Source of the DNA: Adineta vaga
Taxonomy: Eukaryota; Animalia; Rotifera
Length of the DNA: 64,000 nucleotides
Assembly (NCBI GenBank): GCA_021613535.1
Contig: CP075496.1
Span: 14,074,001 to 14,138,000 of the forward strand
Direction: 5' to 3'
Below are positions 38,313 to 50,010 of the stretch, piece by piece (position 1 is the first letter of the stretch; every line of letters starts with the position of its first letter). A model generated the notes under the pieces. That model was not told where the DNA came from. It did no database searches and saw only the letters and a list, made by a program, of their open reading frames with translations. The translations under genes were made by a program, and so were the position numbers.

Positions 38313-38996
38313 ATATCTTTGATTATGATCAATATTTGTTAAACTTCAAATACAAAATACAAAATAATACTTGAAGATTTGTTCGAATATTTCAATATTC
38401 ACAATTGTATCTATTACGAATTGTTTCCATTTACTTAGACAGGACACAATAATTAGAATAAATTTCTTCGTTTTATTGTGTATATCAGTTGTATCAAAAC
38501 TGATGTCTTTTCATTGATAGAAAACAAGATGCTTTAGTCATTTTCTTCGAATCATCTTATGAGTATGGTCACTCGTTCTTTTTTCATTAATGAAAATTTT
38601 GTTTCTTAAATTATAACAGAAAAAAATCTTTTTACTTTTTGTTCTTGTTGACCATCAAGTTTTTAATTCGGCGTAACCAAATCACCTCTATTAAAATTAA
38701 TAAATAGTTTTTAAGTTAAGTTCCACTAAATTCAAACTTACCTCATTTTATCTTGTTCACTTGGAACAATGATATTAATTGGTGAAACTATAAAAAGATG
38801 TTAATCAATATATGTTTAAAAAAAACTTTCTCTTACGAATATTTTCAAATGAAGATGCAGCAATTGATAATTCAAAATCCACCAATTCATTTTTGAGTTG
38901 TTCAGTTGAAAAAGTATTTTTACAAAATTTACTTTTTAAATTCAACTATTTGAATAGTTCAACGACTTTTTCTTTTAAACTAAAAAACGAAATAAA

Positions 38997-39286
38997 CCCA
39001 GGTCGAACGATGCGGTCCGTATACGGCCTTTACATTATAAAAACGGATACTATACTGGCCGTAACACTGACCGTATTATTGGGCGAAGTGATGCGGTCCG
39101 TTCTGCGTTCGTACATAGCCGAAAAGTAGCCGTTTCGGAGGAGAATACAGTGCGTTTACGATGCCGTCAATCATAGTGCCCGTGATTACGGAACAAAGCG
39201 GTTCATTTTCGGCCGTAAAGTCACGTTTTGTCACGGTTTACATTCCGAAAATGCATTTTAAACGACTCCGTTTTCATTGGCCTGGG
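38997..39286. mobile_element. GC-rich MITE with CCCAGG termini
   Basis: Starts CCCAGGTCG and ends GGCCTGGG. Internal tacgg/ccgta repeats and a repeated gatgcggtccgt; GC well above the flanks. Confidence 0.7.
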
Positions 39287-39405
39287 TATCAATGGATCAT
39301 TTATTACTTGATTGATATCTGATTTTTGTAAGTCAATCTATTAAAAATGAATATGGAATTTTAATTGAAGATAGTAATGCGCGCTGATAAACAGAACATC
39401 GACAA

Positions 39406-39690
39406 CCTAGATCGAACAATCCGACCCGCAACTGACCGGTTCCAGCACCTTCCGAAGATTTCATGGAAGCAGTGTTCTAGATCGGAATTCATTGGACAGA
39501 ATTCGTTCGTTTCCAATCATATCCTCACGGAAAATATTGTAACAATGCGGAAAAAACCTAAAATTTGCGCCTATGACCGAAAAATCGGAAACTGAAAGCA
39601 AACTAGCAGATCCCGAACAGACTTTCTGACCATTCGGAATCGCAATCTTCCGCACCATTCCGATAATTTTTTTCCTTTAATTGGGTCACT
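39406..39690. mobile_element. Degenerate GC-rich MITE-like repeat
   Basis: Begins CCTAGATCG (similar to the neighbouring CCCAGGTCG end) and has ccgg/tccga/tcgga repeats; right end uncertain. Confidence 0.4.
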
Positions 39691-39774
39691 ATTATTGAAA
39701 ACAAAAATACAGTCCTATTTGCATTCTCCTTCACCAACTTACTATGCCTTCGCCGTATTGTGTTATGAATTTTC

Positions 39775-39897
39775 CAGAGAATTAGAGTCGGATTTTAAAA
39801 CCAATCCACAAGTTGTTTTCTAAGAGCATTTTCCACTACCCCAATCCTTTTTCTGGACGATTTTTGAAAGGATTAGTAATCCGATTTTAATCCTCTG
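39775..39897. mobile_element. Small MITE with CAGAG termini
   Basis: cagagaattagagtcggatt versus reverse complement cagaggattaaaatcggatt (17/20 match); no TSD preserved. Confidence 0.55.
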
Positions 39898-40398
39898 AAA
39901 AATCCGAGAATATTAATCATTACCTATATGTACATGTATTCTGTCAATATATTGAGTTCGCAAAATATTACACCTACGATAGTATAGCAGAAAGTTTATC
40001 CTATTTTGTTTTTTTCTTTCTGAATAATGCTTGATTAGTTATATTTGCGTGAGAAAGTTAATGTTATCATTACCTTTATGCCTAAAATGTTAACATGCAG
40101 TAATATTCTCGGGAAAAATCCTAGTTAAGAATACATTCAGACCGTGTGCACGACACCATAGTAGAAAAATAAATAAATTCGTTTATGTCATAAGAAGGAA
40201 TGTTAGAAAAGATTGTCAGTAAATTATAAGTTATAAATTATCATCAGAATTTTGTGCTCTTTAGGATTCTGATGAAGTCAAGTTTCTTAGGTATACTTTT
40301 TTGTTGAGGGTCTGGTAGTTTGTGAAGATGGGTCATCACTTGCATCTCCAGCATATCCGATCTATGGATTATCTGACACTACTCCTCTTTGTCTTTTA

Positions 40399-42102
40399 TT
40401 AACGTATCCACACTCGAATATGACGATCACATATTGGATCTCTTCCAATTTCAGCTGTGATGGGTAAGTATGAACGTACCCTATCGATTGTAGAGTCCTT
40501 TACTAATAATCCATCTAATATTGTTGTGTCATCTTGACTTTGAATTTTAAGTGCACGTAGATTCGGTGAACTGGATAGAAGAAGAGGTACATCATCTATG
40601 TTCTCTATTTTGATCAAAAGTACTACACAATAAGTTAAAAGTGATGAATTAGATAGTTGTACACATTGTATATGGGTTAAATAATTACAATATTCCAACA
40701 GATTAAGTCGATATACTGATATCTTTCCCAAATCGAATAAATTTGGATGTATAATTAATGAAGAAAGATGAGTTACTTGATTAAGTAAATATTTGACACT
40801 TGAAAGTAGATCGAAATCGATGATTTTTAATGATTTTAATTTATGTAAGTTTGGTAAGCATGATTGAAATAAAGGAATATCGACATCGATTAGATCAAGA
40901 TGACGAACATTTGGAAAACGAATTTGTGAATAAATTTGATCCTTTAATGAAAATGATCTATCATTATATTCTAAAGTATCAACAGAATCATATGACCAAT
41001 AGTCATTGATATTTTCACAAGTTGATCCACGAAAATATCCATCAAAGAAGAATAATTTAGAAAATTCATATGGAATTGTGTGACAATAGATTTGGCCGGT
41101 CTTAATATTACAAATTGAGTGAAAACGAATATACCATTTGTGTTCTTCTAACCAAAATGAACTTGAAAATGAGGTAATCAATTGCTTTAATACAATATTA
41201 TGATCTACAAAACGACATGAAAAGTTCATTTTTAGTTGAAATGTTTTCAATTTTTGTAAATGATCAATAATAAGATTTTCCCATTGCAATCCATCGAAAC
41301 ATAAATCCACTATATTCACTTTTAAATGACATAAATTCGGCATTTGAATCAAAAGATTTCTTAATATTTTACTATATTTTTTTAGTTGAAGTTCTAAACT
41401 AATCAATGATAACATACAAGGTAAGAATAGAATATCATTATTATCTTCACTATAAAAAGAAATAAACTTGAGTTTCGGTGTATTAGCAAAAAGTCTAGAT
41501 AATGCCGATGAACAACATTTCACATTTTCAAGAATTAAATGTTCTAAAGTCAAAGAACGAGTATTTATCTCAGCTAAATATGGATCACACTTAAACGATA
41601 TATCAAAATGACCATAACGAAGCTTTGGTAATCTCCAAATAATATTCATAATAGTATTACTACTCGGATCAACATTTGTCGTATAACATTTAATCATTTT
41701 TAAATCTGTTAAATTTACCAAATGTGATAATTCATTGATTAATGTCAACCAAATTTCATTGGAACGAAGTTCATAAAAAGAAAGATGATTTAAATATGTA
41801 AATTGATGAAAAGTAAAACCATTTTCAAGAAATAATTTCGTTTGATAGGGTGTTTCATCATCATCTGATAGATATAATTTTGTTATTGAATTAATCATTG
41901 ATGATAATTGTAATCGTTGACATCCGATTTCAAATTTTGTTTTAGATATTGATCGAAAATCTAATCCATATCGATTTATATAATGAATTACTAAATTATT
42001 ACATCGAAAATTAAGTCCATAGAAAGCACAAATAATATCAGTAAAGTCCAGGAAACTAAATACTTCGTACCAAATTTCATTGGGGAAAAATTGTAAAGAC
42101 AT
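40399..42102 (-). CDS. F-box domain and degenerate LRR protein
   Basis: N-terminal LQFFPNEIWYEVFSFL..DII.AFYGLNFR F-box followed by LxxLxL repeats; 567 aa. Confidence 0.85.
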   Translation of the reverse strand: MSLQFFPNEIWYEVFSFLDFTDIICAFYGLNFRCNNLVIHYINRYGLDFRSISKTKFEIGCQRLQLSSMINSITKLYLSDDDETPYQTKLFLENGFTFHQFTYLNHLSFYELRSNEIWLTLINELSHLVNLTDLKMIKCYTTNVDPSSNTIMNIIWRLPKLRYGHFDISFKCDPYLAEINTRSLTLEHLILENVKCCSSALSRLFANTPKLKFISFYSEDNNDILFLPCMLSLISLELQLKKYSKILRNLLIQMPNLCHLKVNIVDLCFDGLQWENLIIDHLQKLKTFQLKMNFSCRFVDHNIVLKQLITSFSSSFWLEEHKWYIRFHSICNIKTGQIYCHTIPYEFSKLFFFDGYFRGSTCENINDYWSYDSVDTLEYNDRSFSLKDQIYSQIRFPNVRHLDLIDVDIPLFQSCLPNLHKLKSLKIIDFDLLSSVKYLLNQVTHLSSLIIHPNLFDLGKISVYRLNLLEYCNYLTHIQCVQLSNSSLLTYCVVLLIKIENIDDVPLLLSSSPNLRALKIQSQDDTTILDGLLVKDSTIDRVRSYLPITAEIGRDPICDRHIRVWIR

Positions 42103-42404
42103 TTTATAATCAATCTAAATAAATCGAAATATAATTATCTCATCGTATATATTACTAACTGGAGAAATGAATAAATAAATGATATTTTACTTTCTCTTTC
42201 TTTCTTTATATTCACATGTTAGTTGATAAATCATTATTTCCTTTACGAAACGTAATATATCGAAGGGTTTTTTCCAAGGAAATGATTTCTTATTTAAAAA
42301 TGTACAGTGAATAAAGATATTGCTAACTAAGATTTATTGATTAAACATATTAATATAATAAAATACGATATTTAGAACTTGTCATATGCAAATATATGAA
42401 TGAA

Positions 42405-43781
42405 TTAAATACAACCACATTCTGTTGAATCGAATTCTGTTAAAAGTCCATATCTTTCAACTTTTGGATCGAATCTTTCATCAATAACCATAACCCATTT
42501 AACAATCTGTTTTTTTGCATCTTTAATCACAAATTCATCTCGACTTTCAGGATTTTGCAACATATAACATGTGTCAAATTTCTCTTGCCATTTGGAATGA
42601 TGCGCAAAATCATAAATTTCAGGATTAAATTTTTCATGACCTTTTGTAATAACATCTCGTTCAACTTCATAAACTTTTCCCATACGAATTTCAGCAATAA
42701 TATATGCACCACCATCACTTTTAGCTTTTCCAATTGTTCCTACAATTGATCGAGCAAAGTAAACTCCTGCGCCAATCCATCCACATGTACCCGGTCGAAA
42801 TTCACTATGTGCAATTGAAATCGCTGCATCAGGATCTGTTGTATGAAATCCAATATAATGTGGTTGATTATCAAATTCATCAGATTTTTTACAAGGTATT
42901 CGACTTTTAGGTGGATCACCTAATGGTGGTTTTTCAATCTTACTCCATCGTTGTTGTGGTTGATAATCATTACAATGAAAGACAGCAATATGATCAAGTG
43001 TTCGTTTATGACATGGTTTATCCGTACATGGTCGATCTCCTAATGTTCTTGCATCACGGTAATCACCAACCATATGATAAGGTAAATATCTTTCATGCTT
43101 TTTTGATGTAAAACTACATTTTGTATCACGTTTAGGTGTATAATGCCACCAAACCCAATAACGATAAAAATCCAAACAAAGTGTATTAAAAATAAAGATT
43201 AAAGATAATGCACAAATGATCGCAATTGCTCCTCCATCTAAATCAATTGTAGAAGAAGTTGCATACAATCCAATTGCAGTAATACGTAAGATAAAAAATG
43301 TAAATAATAAAATAAATCGAACTTGAAAACGAAGTTTCGGTCGTGCTTTATAACATGAACAATTACAATCAAAAATTAAAAATCGACGTATACCATGGTT
43401 AGCAATTAATCGACGTATAAAACGTGTATTGCTATGATTGTTATTATTATCTTTACATACACAATGTTTTAAAAAAAGATAACAGAATTTGAGTATAATA
43501 AGAAGAATAATTAAAGCAGTAAATATTCCAACTAATGTTGGAATACCAGAACTAATCCAATCAATAATAAAAGCAGCAACATAACGAGTAGTATATTCTT
43601 TACGAGAAACATTTGTTTGCGTAGTTGGCGATGAAAAAAAGATTGCAATACGAATGATTCCAAGAATCATTTCAAGAAAACCAGTTAAACCATGGAAAAA
43701 CGGTAAATTTCGATAGAGACACGAACAATGACAACAACACATTCTTACCGCAAGCAATTCTTTTTTATTTTTTCGTCTCAC
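42405..43781 (-). CDS. Multi-TM protein with a C-terminal PARP/Gig2-like (H-Y-E) ADP-ribosyltransferase domain
   Basis: About four TM helices, then YIGFHTT (H), GWIGAGVYFAR (Y) and RDEFVIKD (E). The start may be the ATG of MCCCH. Confidence 0.75.
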   Translation of the reverse strand: MRRKNKKELLAVRMCCCHCSCLYRNLPFFHGLTGFLEMILGIIRIAIFFSSPTTQTNVSRKEYTTRYVAAFIIDWISSGIPTLVGIFTALIILLIILKFCYLFLKHCVCKDNNNNHSNTRFIRRLIANHGIRRFLIFDCNCSCYKARPKLRFQVRFILLFTFFILRITAIGLYATSSTIDLDGGAIAIICALSLIFIFNTLCLDFYRYWVWWHYTPKRDTKCSFTSKKHERYLPYHMVGDYRDARTLGDRPCTDKPCHKRTLDHIAVFHCNDYQPQQRWSKIEKPPLGDPPKSRIPCKKSDEFDNQPHYIGFHTTDPDAAISIAHSEFRPGTCGWIGAGVYFARSIVGTIGKAKSDGGAYIIAEIRMGKVYEVERDVITKGHEKFNPEIYDFAHHSKWQEKFDTCYMLQNPESRDEFVIKDAKKQIVKWVMVIDERFDPKVERYGLLTEFDSTECGCI

Positions 43782-44680
43782 ATTCGATAATTACTCTGTC
43801 TGCAAATAAATCAATTCTATAAGAATCTGTTCTGTTAAAAAAAATTCCAAGAAAAAAGCAACTTCCGAGTGTTGTCAACGGAACGAACAAAAACAAAAAA
43901 TATTTATTTAAATAAACAAATCTCTATGTGAATCAACGTCTTGAACTAAAGAACAATATTCTTTATGAGTTTTATTGTCTAAATTTGATCTAATAATTAA
44001 TGTTATGTAGAGTTTTGTACATCTTTGGTTTTTGTTTCTCTTTAGAAATGATCGTTTGACATGATTGTCATAGAAATGTGAAATAACATGTATTTTGTAA
44101 TTGTATTTGTTTTCACAATGAAGAAATGTCATCTATAGAATAAAACTTTAATCAACGCTTATTGCAGATGTGAAAAAGTACATATTTCCTAGTTTTTATA
44201 CATATAATTGATATTAGATGAATGTATTCATTCGTGCAAGGCAGACAATCATTTGGACCATTTTTTGATTTAAAAATAAGAAACCACGTGAAGATTTAAC
44301 TTATATAATTAACTCGTGAATCTTTAATCCTGAGAAAAAACGAAGCGATCTTAGTTGTAGCATATTTTTATAATTCATCTCATCTATCCTTTAAATGGAC
44401 AAGTATGTCTATATATTCTATTCAAAGAATTAGAACTTGTAACAAGTTCAAAACTATGGGATTAAGTTTTTCAAAAAAAGAAAGCATTGAAAGAGAAGAT
44501 CCAATGTGATAAAAGTATTTTTATTTGTTGAAGAAAAAATGATGTCATATTTTATCTAATTTTTGGTCACCTGTGTCAATAGTTTATATAGAAATGTAAA
44601 TATTCTTATCACTCACGAATAAATATCTCATCATTTTCATTTTTTGCTAAACTTTTTCTTACACACCATCAACAAGAACA

Positions 44681-45256
44681 ATGATGAAAATCTTCTTTGT
44701 CATTTTTGTAACTCTCTTATTACCTATGATTGGTAATGCTCGTTGCACTTATGGTTGTGCCTGTTCTGATGATAGTTCATGCGAATATTATTGTGACAAT
44801 GGTATGTGTCAAAATCAAGTACCATTATGGCAAAAATGTTCAAGTTATTATATTCATCCACGCCAATGTGGAAGTGTATCATATTGTGATCCAGATTCGA
44901 GTTTTACTTGTCAATTAAAGAAAAACTATGGCGAACGATGTACATATAGTTATACATGTTTATCTGATAATTGTGATTATAGTTCAAATACATGTCAATC
45001 AAAATATACACCAGTTAATTTGTTATATCCAGTTATAATCCCATGTGCTTTTATTTTCTTTGTTGTTATAATAACTATCATTATTGTTGCAACACGTCGA
45101 CAAAGAATGCGTGCATTCGCATATAATCGAAGTCCTTATGTTGTTTTACCAGCTGGTACTCCTTATTCGTATCAAAATTCTTATTTTGTTGGAGATGTTC
45201 CACCACCAGCTTATCCAGGTGCTATAGCAACACCCAAACCATATCAAAGTTCATAA
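44681..45256 (+). CDS. Small type I membrane protein: signal peptide, Cys-rich ectodomain, TM, PPxY tail
   Basis: Hydrophobic N-terminus, many regularly spaced Cys, TM followed by TRRQR, cytoplasmic PPPAY. Confidence 0.8.
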   Translation: MMKIFFVIFVTLLLPMIGNARCTYGCACSDDSSCEYYCDNGMCQNQVPLWQKCSSYYIHPRQCGSVSYCDPDSSFTCQLKKNYGERCTYSYTCLSDNCDYSSNTCQSKYTPVNLLYPVIIPCAFIFFVVIITIIIVATRRQRMRAFAYNRSPYVVLPAGTPYSYQNSYFVGDVPPPAYPGAIATPKPYQSS

Positions 45257-45362
45257 ACAATATTTTCTTTAAAAGAATAACTTTTATGTATCAAAAAATG
45301 AGATAATAAAATTACATGGTTATATTTTTTCTATCTATCGATATGTTACTTTTAAGTAGATT

Positions 45363-46215
45363 TTAAACAATGCTTGATCCTCCATCAATAGGAAGATTTG
45401 CACCAGTCATAAATGGACATAAATCTGAAGCCAAAAATACGAATAAATTGGCAATTTCTTCAGGTTGACATGTTCTTTGTAAACATTTGCCTTTAATTGC
45501 TTCTTCTAAAATATTACGATCAATTCCTCTCGATTCTCCTATTTCAAATGTTCGAGGTGTATTTACACCACTTGGACTAACAGAATTCACACGAATATTA
45601 AATGAACCTAAATCAAGTGCAAGATTTCGTGTTAATTGAAGAATTGCACTTTTTGTCGTAGAATAAGGAATCCAATTAGAGGATGCCATCGATCCAGATA
45701 TACTAGCCATGTTCACAATAGAACCATTTCGTTGTTTTTTGAGAATTGGTGCGATGTGTTTAGCTACGAGAGCATAACCGCGAACATTGACATCAAATAC
45801 ATGAGACCAATCTTCTGCGGATACTTCTTCAACATTTCCTAATACATAAGTCGCAGCACTAAACCAAAGAAAAATCAATCTCTCTTTACTTTCGTTGAAA
45901 ATCTTACGTGTTGAAGAGAACATCGATTGTTTTCCATGTTTCGATGGTTATTTGAATAGCTTGTTCAATACTTTTTTCATCAGTTACATCGAGTTTAACA
46001 ATAAGTATTCGATCGTCATCGAAGTTTTGTTCTTTACAAAAGATTTCTTGTTTAACTTTATTTATTACTGGTGGATCTAAATCACCCATAACAATTCGAG
46101 CACCATGTTGATAACACGCTCGTGCAATATATCGAGCAATTGATCCTGATGCACCCGTCAAAAATACTACTTTATTAGCTAATAATTGATTCCAATTACC
46201 AGCATTTACGGACAT
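45363..46215 (-). CDS. Short-chain dehydrogenase/reductase (SDR-1); intron 45859-45907
   Basis: TGASGSIA nucleotide-binding motif, YSTTK catalytic motif, IRVNSVSP. Confidence 0.9.
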
Positions 46216-46318
46216 TATATTCTAGAATTGACAAACAAAATTTGAAAAGATCTGTTTCTTTGTTTTATTGATATCAATTTTTATTTTACTACTTAAAATG
46301 AACACATATACATTATGT

Positions 46319-47189
46319 TCACATGACAACATTTCCTCCATCAGCAACAAGATTTGCACCAGTCATAAAAGGACATAAACCAGAAATAACAAAAACAATT
46401 AAATTTGCAATATCTTGTGCTTGTCCAATTCGTTTTAAACAACTTCCATCCATACACATTTGATCCATTTGTTCAACTGTCAAATGATTTTCTTTAGCTA
46501 GTTGTGTACGTCCTGGTGAATCAATTGAACCTGGACTAATTGAATTGACTCGAATATTAAATGAACCTAAATCAAGTGCAAGATTTCGTGTTAATTGAAG
46601 AATTGCACCTTTAGTTACAGAATATGCAACTGCATTCGGAATTGCAATTAAACCTAAAGTACTCGCGATATTCACAATAGAACCACTTCGTTGTTTCTTA
46701 AGAATTGGTGCAATATGTTTAGCCATTAAAGCATAACCACGAATGTTAACATCGAATATATGTGACCAATCTTTTGATGATATATCTTCAATTTCTCCCA
46801 TTGTAACGATTGCTGCTCTAAACAAATAAATAAATAAATCGTTTTATAATAGATATTTTGTTTTCAAGAATAAAATCTTACGTATTGAGAAGAATATCGA
46901 TTGTTTTCCATGTTTCGATGGTTATTTGAATAGCTTGTTCAATACTTTTTTCATCAGTTACATCGAGTTTAACAATAAGTATTCGATCGTCATCGAAGTT
47001 TTGTTCTTTACAAAAGATTTCTTGTTTAACCTTATTTATTACTGTTGGATCTAAATCACCCATAACAATTCGAGCACCATGAAGATAACATGTTTTTACA
47101 ATTGACTTTGCAATATGTCCAGCAGCACCCGTTACAAATACAATTTTATTACGAAGTAATTGACTCCAATCTCCCGAACTTGTAGCCAT
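46319..47189 (-). CDS. Short-chain dehydrogenase/reductase (SDR-2); intron 46818-46881
   Basis: TGAAGHIA, YSVTK, IRVNSISPG; intron at the same position as in SDR-1. Confidence 0.9.
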
Positions 47190-47409
47190 GATTGATAAAA
47201 TGACAATATACTAAATATAGATTTGTTATTTATCTCTTTCATTTTGGTAAAATATGGATAGAACCTCAATAAAAGAAGCTACATGTTTTCTTCGATATTA
47301 TTTCACAGGTTAATCAAATATATATTACAAACATTCATTGAATTTTCAAACAAAAAAATTCATATTTCTTTGAATAGAATTCTAAGAAAACGAAAAATAG
47401 GGTTTCTTA

Positions 47410-48435
47410 TTAAGTTTTATTTGCTGAACCAATTGTATGAATTCGATTATTTACATTAGTTTTCATTGTGACTTTACATAGCAAAATTTTCTTAACTTGT
47501 TGACGAAAATTCGATGTTGAAATAAAGAATATATAAAAACTCCAAACTGCATTTGAAAAGAACAAAATAGCTGAAATAAAATAAAATAAAAGATCATATG
47601 AGATTAATCGTTGATTAAATTTCCTAAAAATAACTGAATGTATATTTTGAATACAATATGGAATTGATGAGATTGATATTGATAAACATAATAAAGAAAG
47701 CATTCGAGATAATTGTTTATCGATATTAAGATTAATTTGAGTATTTGAACGAATCATTGATTTGAATTGTTTATATGTTAAGAAACCAAATATTGAAAGA
47801 AAACAGATGGGAAATATTCCATGAAGAAATATTTGAATAATACATAAATAATAATAAAGATAAATTGTAGATGAAATGATACATTCATTAAAATCAGATA
47901 CGCCATAATAAGTTGCTATGGGAATATTATGAAGACAAAAGAAAATGATAACAAAAATGATGATTCGTTTGGTTTGACGTAATGTAGGAGCTAATTGACG
48001 AAAATGAACTTTTCGAGATGATATAAAATATCGATCTAATGTTGCCATACAAATACATGTTAATGAAATTAAATCCGATGTATGTAAAACATAATAACGA
48101 AGTTTACATGTATAAAATTCATTAAAATGAGTTTTTGGATATTGAAAACCATCATATATAATACGAGTTAATAATGGATAAATAAGAAGAATAAAATTAG
48201 CACATGATGATGTTAATAAATAGAAAGAACTATTATTTATACGTGTATTATTTTGAATTTCATTTCCTTGTTTACATAAACGACACCAAATTGTAAAGAT
48301 AAATATATTTACTAAATTTCCACATAGACCAAATATGTACATAATAATACCAGCTATGATAATCATTCTATGTGCAAATACAGTAGCTGCATTCATATTT
48401 GAATCATCCATGAAAGGATTTACGAATTTGTTCAT
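47410..48435 (-). CDS. Intronless rhodopsin-like orphan GPCR
   Basis: GN in TM1, CKLRYY, ATLDRY, seven hydrophobic segments. Confidence 0.85.
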   Translation of the reverse strand: MNKFVNPFMDDSNMNAATVFAHRMIIIAGIIMYIFGLCGNLVNIFIFTIWCRLCKQGNEIQNNTRINNSSFYLLTSSCANFILLIYPLLTRIIYDGFQYPKTHFNEFYTCKLRYYVLHTSDLISLTCICMATLDRYFISSRKVHFRQLAPTLRQTKRIIIFVIIFFCLHNIPIATYYGVSDFNECIISSTIYLYYYLCIIQIFLHGIFPICFLSIFGFLTYKQFKSMIRSNTQINLNIDKQLSRMLSLLCLSISISSIPYCIQNIHSVIFRKFNQRLISYDLLFYFISAILFFSNAVWSFYIFFISTSNFRQQVKKILLCKVTMKTNVNNRIHTIGSANKT

Positions 48436-49113
48436 GTTTAAAAACTAAGAAATGAGAATAAAATGAGACATGCTTTACAAATAATCCTTTTGATTATATA
48501 ACGCAAAACGTATAATTAGTTTGTTTGAATGAAAAATCATCAAATAATTAAAGAATCTTCATTTCCTATTCAATCCTATCAGATGTCATGTAATTCTAGA
48601 CATTAGTATTCAAATTTTCAAAAACTATTGTCGAAGAAATCAAAAATTTCTAACTTCTAAGAATTATTTTTCTTTCAATATGTAATAATAAGATAAATTT
48701 CAATGAAATAAATTTTATTACTCTATACAATATAATTTTAGAAAAAATGAATTATATTTTCATCTTTTTCTAGTTATAAAAAGTTTTTCAACAGGATATG
48801 AATACCGAAAGACATATTCCATAAATAATAATTAATTTAAAGAGAAAGAGTACCCCTTCAAAATCATTGAACTTGAATATCATGAGTTTTTAACGATAAA
48901 GTACCCGAAGCTTTGACATCAATTGTAATTTCTGATTAAATAATGTCGAAAATACTCTGTCAGAAAAAATATCAATGAAAAATGTTGTTTTTATTTAATT
49001 TTGTCGAGATTCTTCTGTCTGAAGTAAATACAATGAGAAAATCTTTTCATATGGAAAAATTTATTATCAAGATAAAATACATTATTTCTCGAATCATTAC
49101 TGGAAATAAATTA

Positions 49114-49525
49114 TGGGTGAATCCATAAGAAGCCATCCAGTTTTTGGAAAATTTAATTTTCGAATAAAATCATTGAAGAAATCTTTTTTTCACGATTTTT
49201 TTAGCGCTTCAGGCTGATCCTCGATGAAAAATAGCTAAGGAGTCATTTTCAGCTTTCTTATAAGCGGAAAGCACCAACATATAGAATATTCTTTCGGAAC
49301 ACACGTCTTTTTCGGTCAATTACTGTGAAAAAAAATTGATAAAATGACATGAAAACTAGTCAAATGTTCCGAGAAAATGCCCAAAAACTCGGAATTTTTG
49401 GGTAAGAGTACTTCATTTTTTTTAACCGAAAGTGTTTTCTAGTCGAGATCAGTCTTGTGAACAAAAAAAAATCGAAAAAAAAAGACCTTTCCAAAAAAGT
49501 GGATGGGTCCTCATGGATTCACCCT
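49114..49525. mobile_element. Tc1/mariner-type MITE, 412 bp
   Basis: ~37-bp imperfect TIRs (gggtgaatccataagaagccatccagtttttggaaa and its inverse), flanked by TA at 49112-49113 and 49526-49527. Confidence 0.85.
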
Positions 49526-50010
49526 TATATAGTAATTGTATAGAAGTGTCTAATACAACATTATTTTTATCTCCGAGCAAGTTTAATTGACAGAAAATAT
49601 AATCGAATTCTTAAAAATAGATGTACTCGTTGAAATTTGTAAATTTTAATCGACAATATCAAAAGCGACACAAGATTTAAGATCATAAAATCGGATTAAA
49701 TTAATTTGAAGTTTATTAAGAAGAGTAAAATCTAAATAGGTAAGGAGAAATTGTGATTAAATAAAATCATCTTCGACTTTTATCTGTCAAAAGCTTGTTT
49801 ACCGATTTAACTTTGTCGAGATAATTAAAACGAGATTAGACGGAAAAAAAAGTACACAAATAGAACTTATTTATTGTTATTGATAAGTATTCACAGAGGT
49901 TTTTTAACTTGACAATCAAATATGAAAATAATATGTTCATGACTTTTACACTGAATTCAAATGACTCTCGTTTTCCTATTCAATTTGATAGTTTTTACAA
50001 GAAAAGTCTG

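Noticed and set aside
38520-38990. Minus-strand exon-like fragments around the CCCAGG MITE
   Set aside because: Too degraded to assign a product or reliable boundaries.
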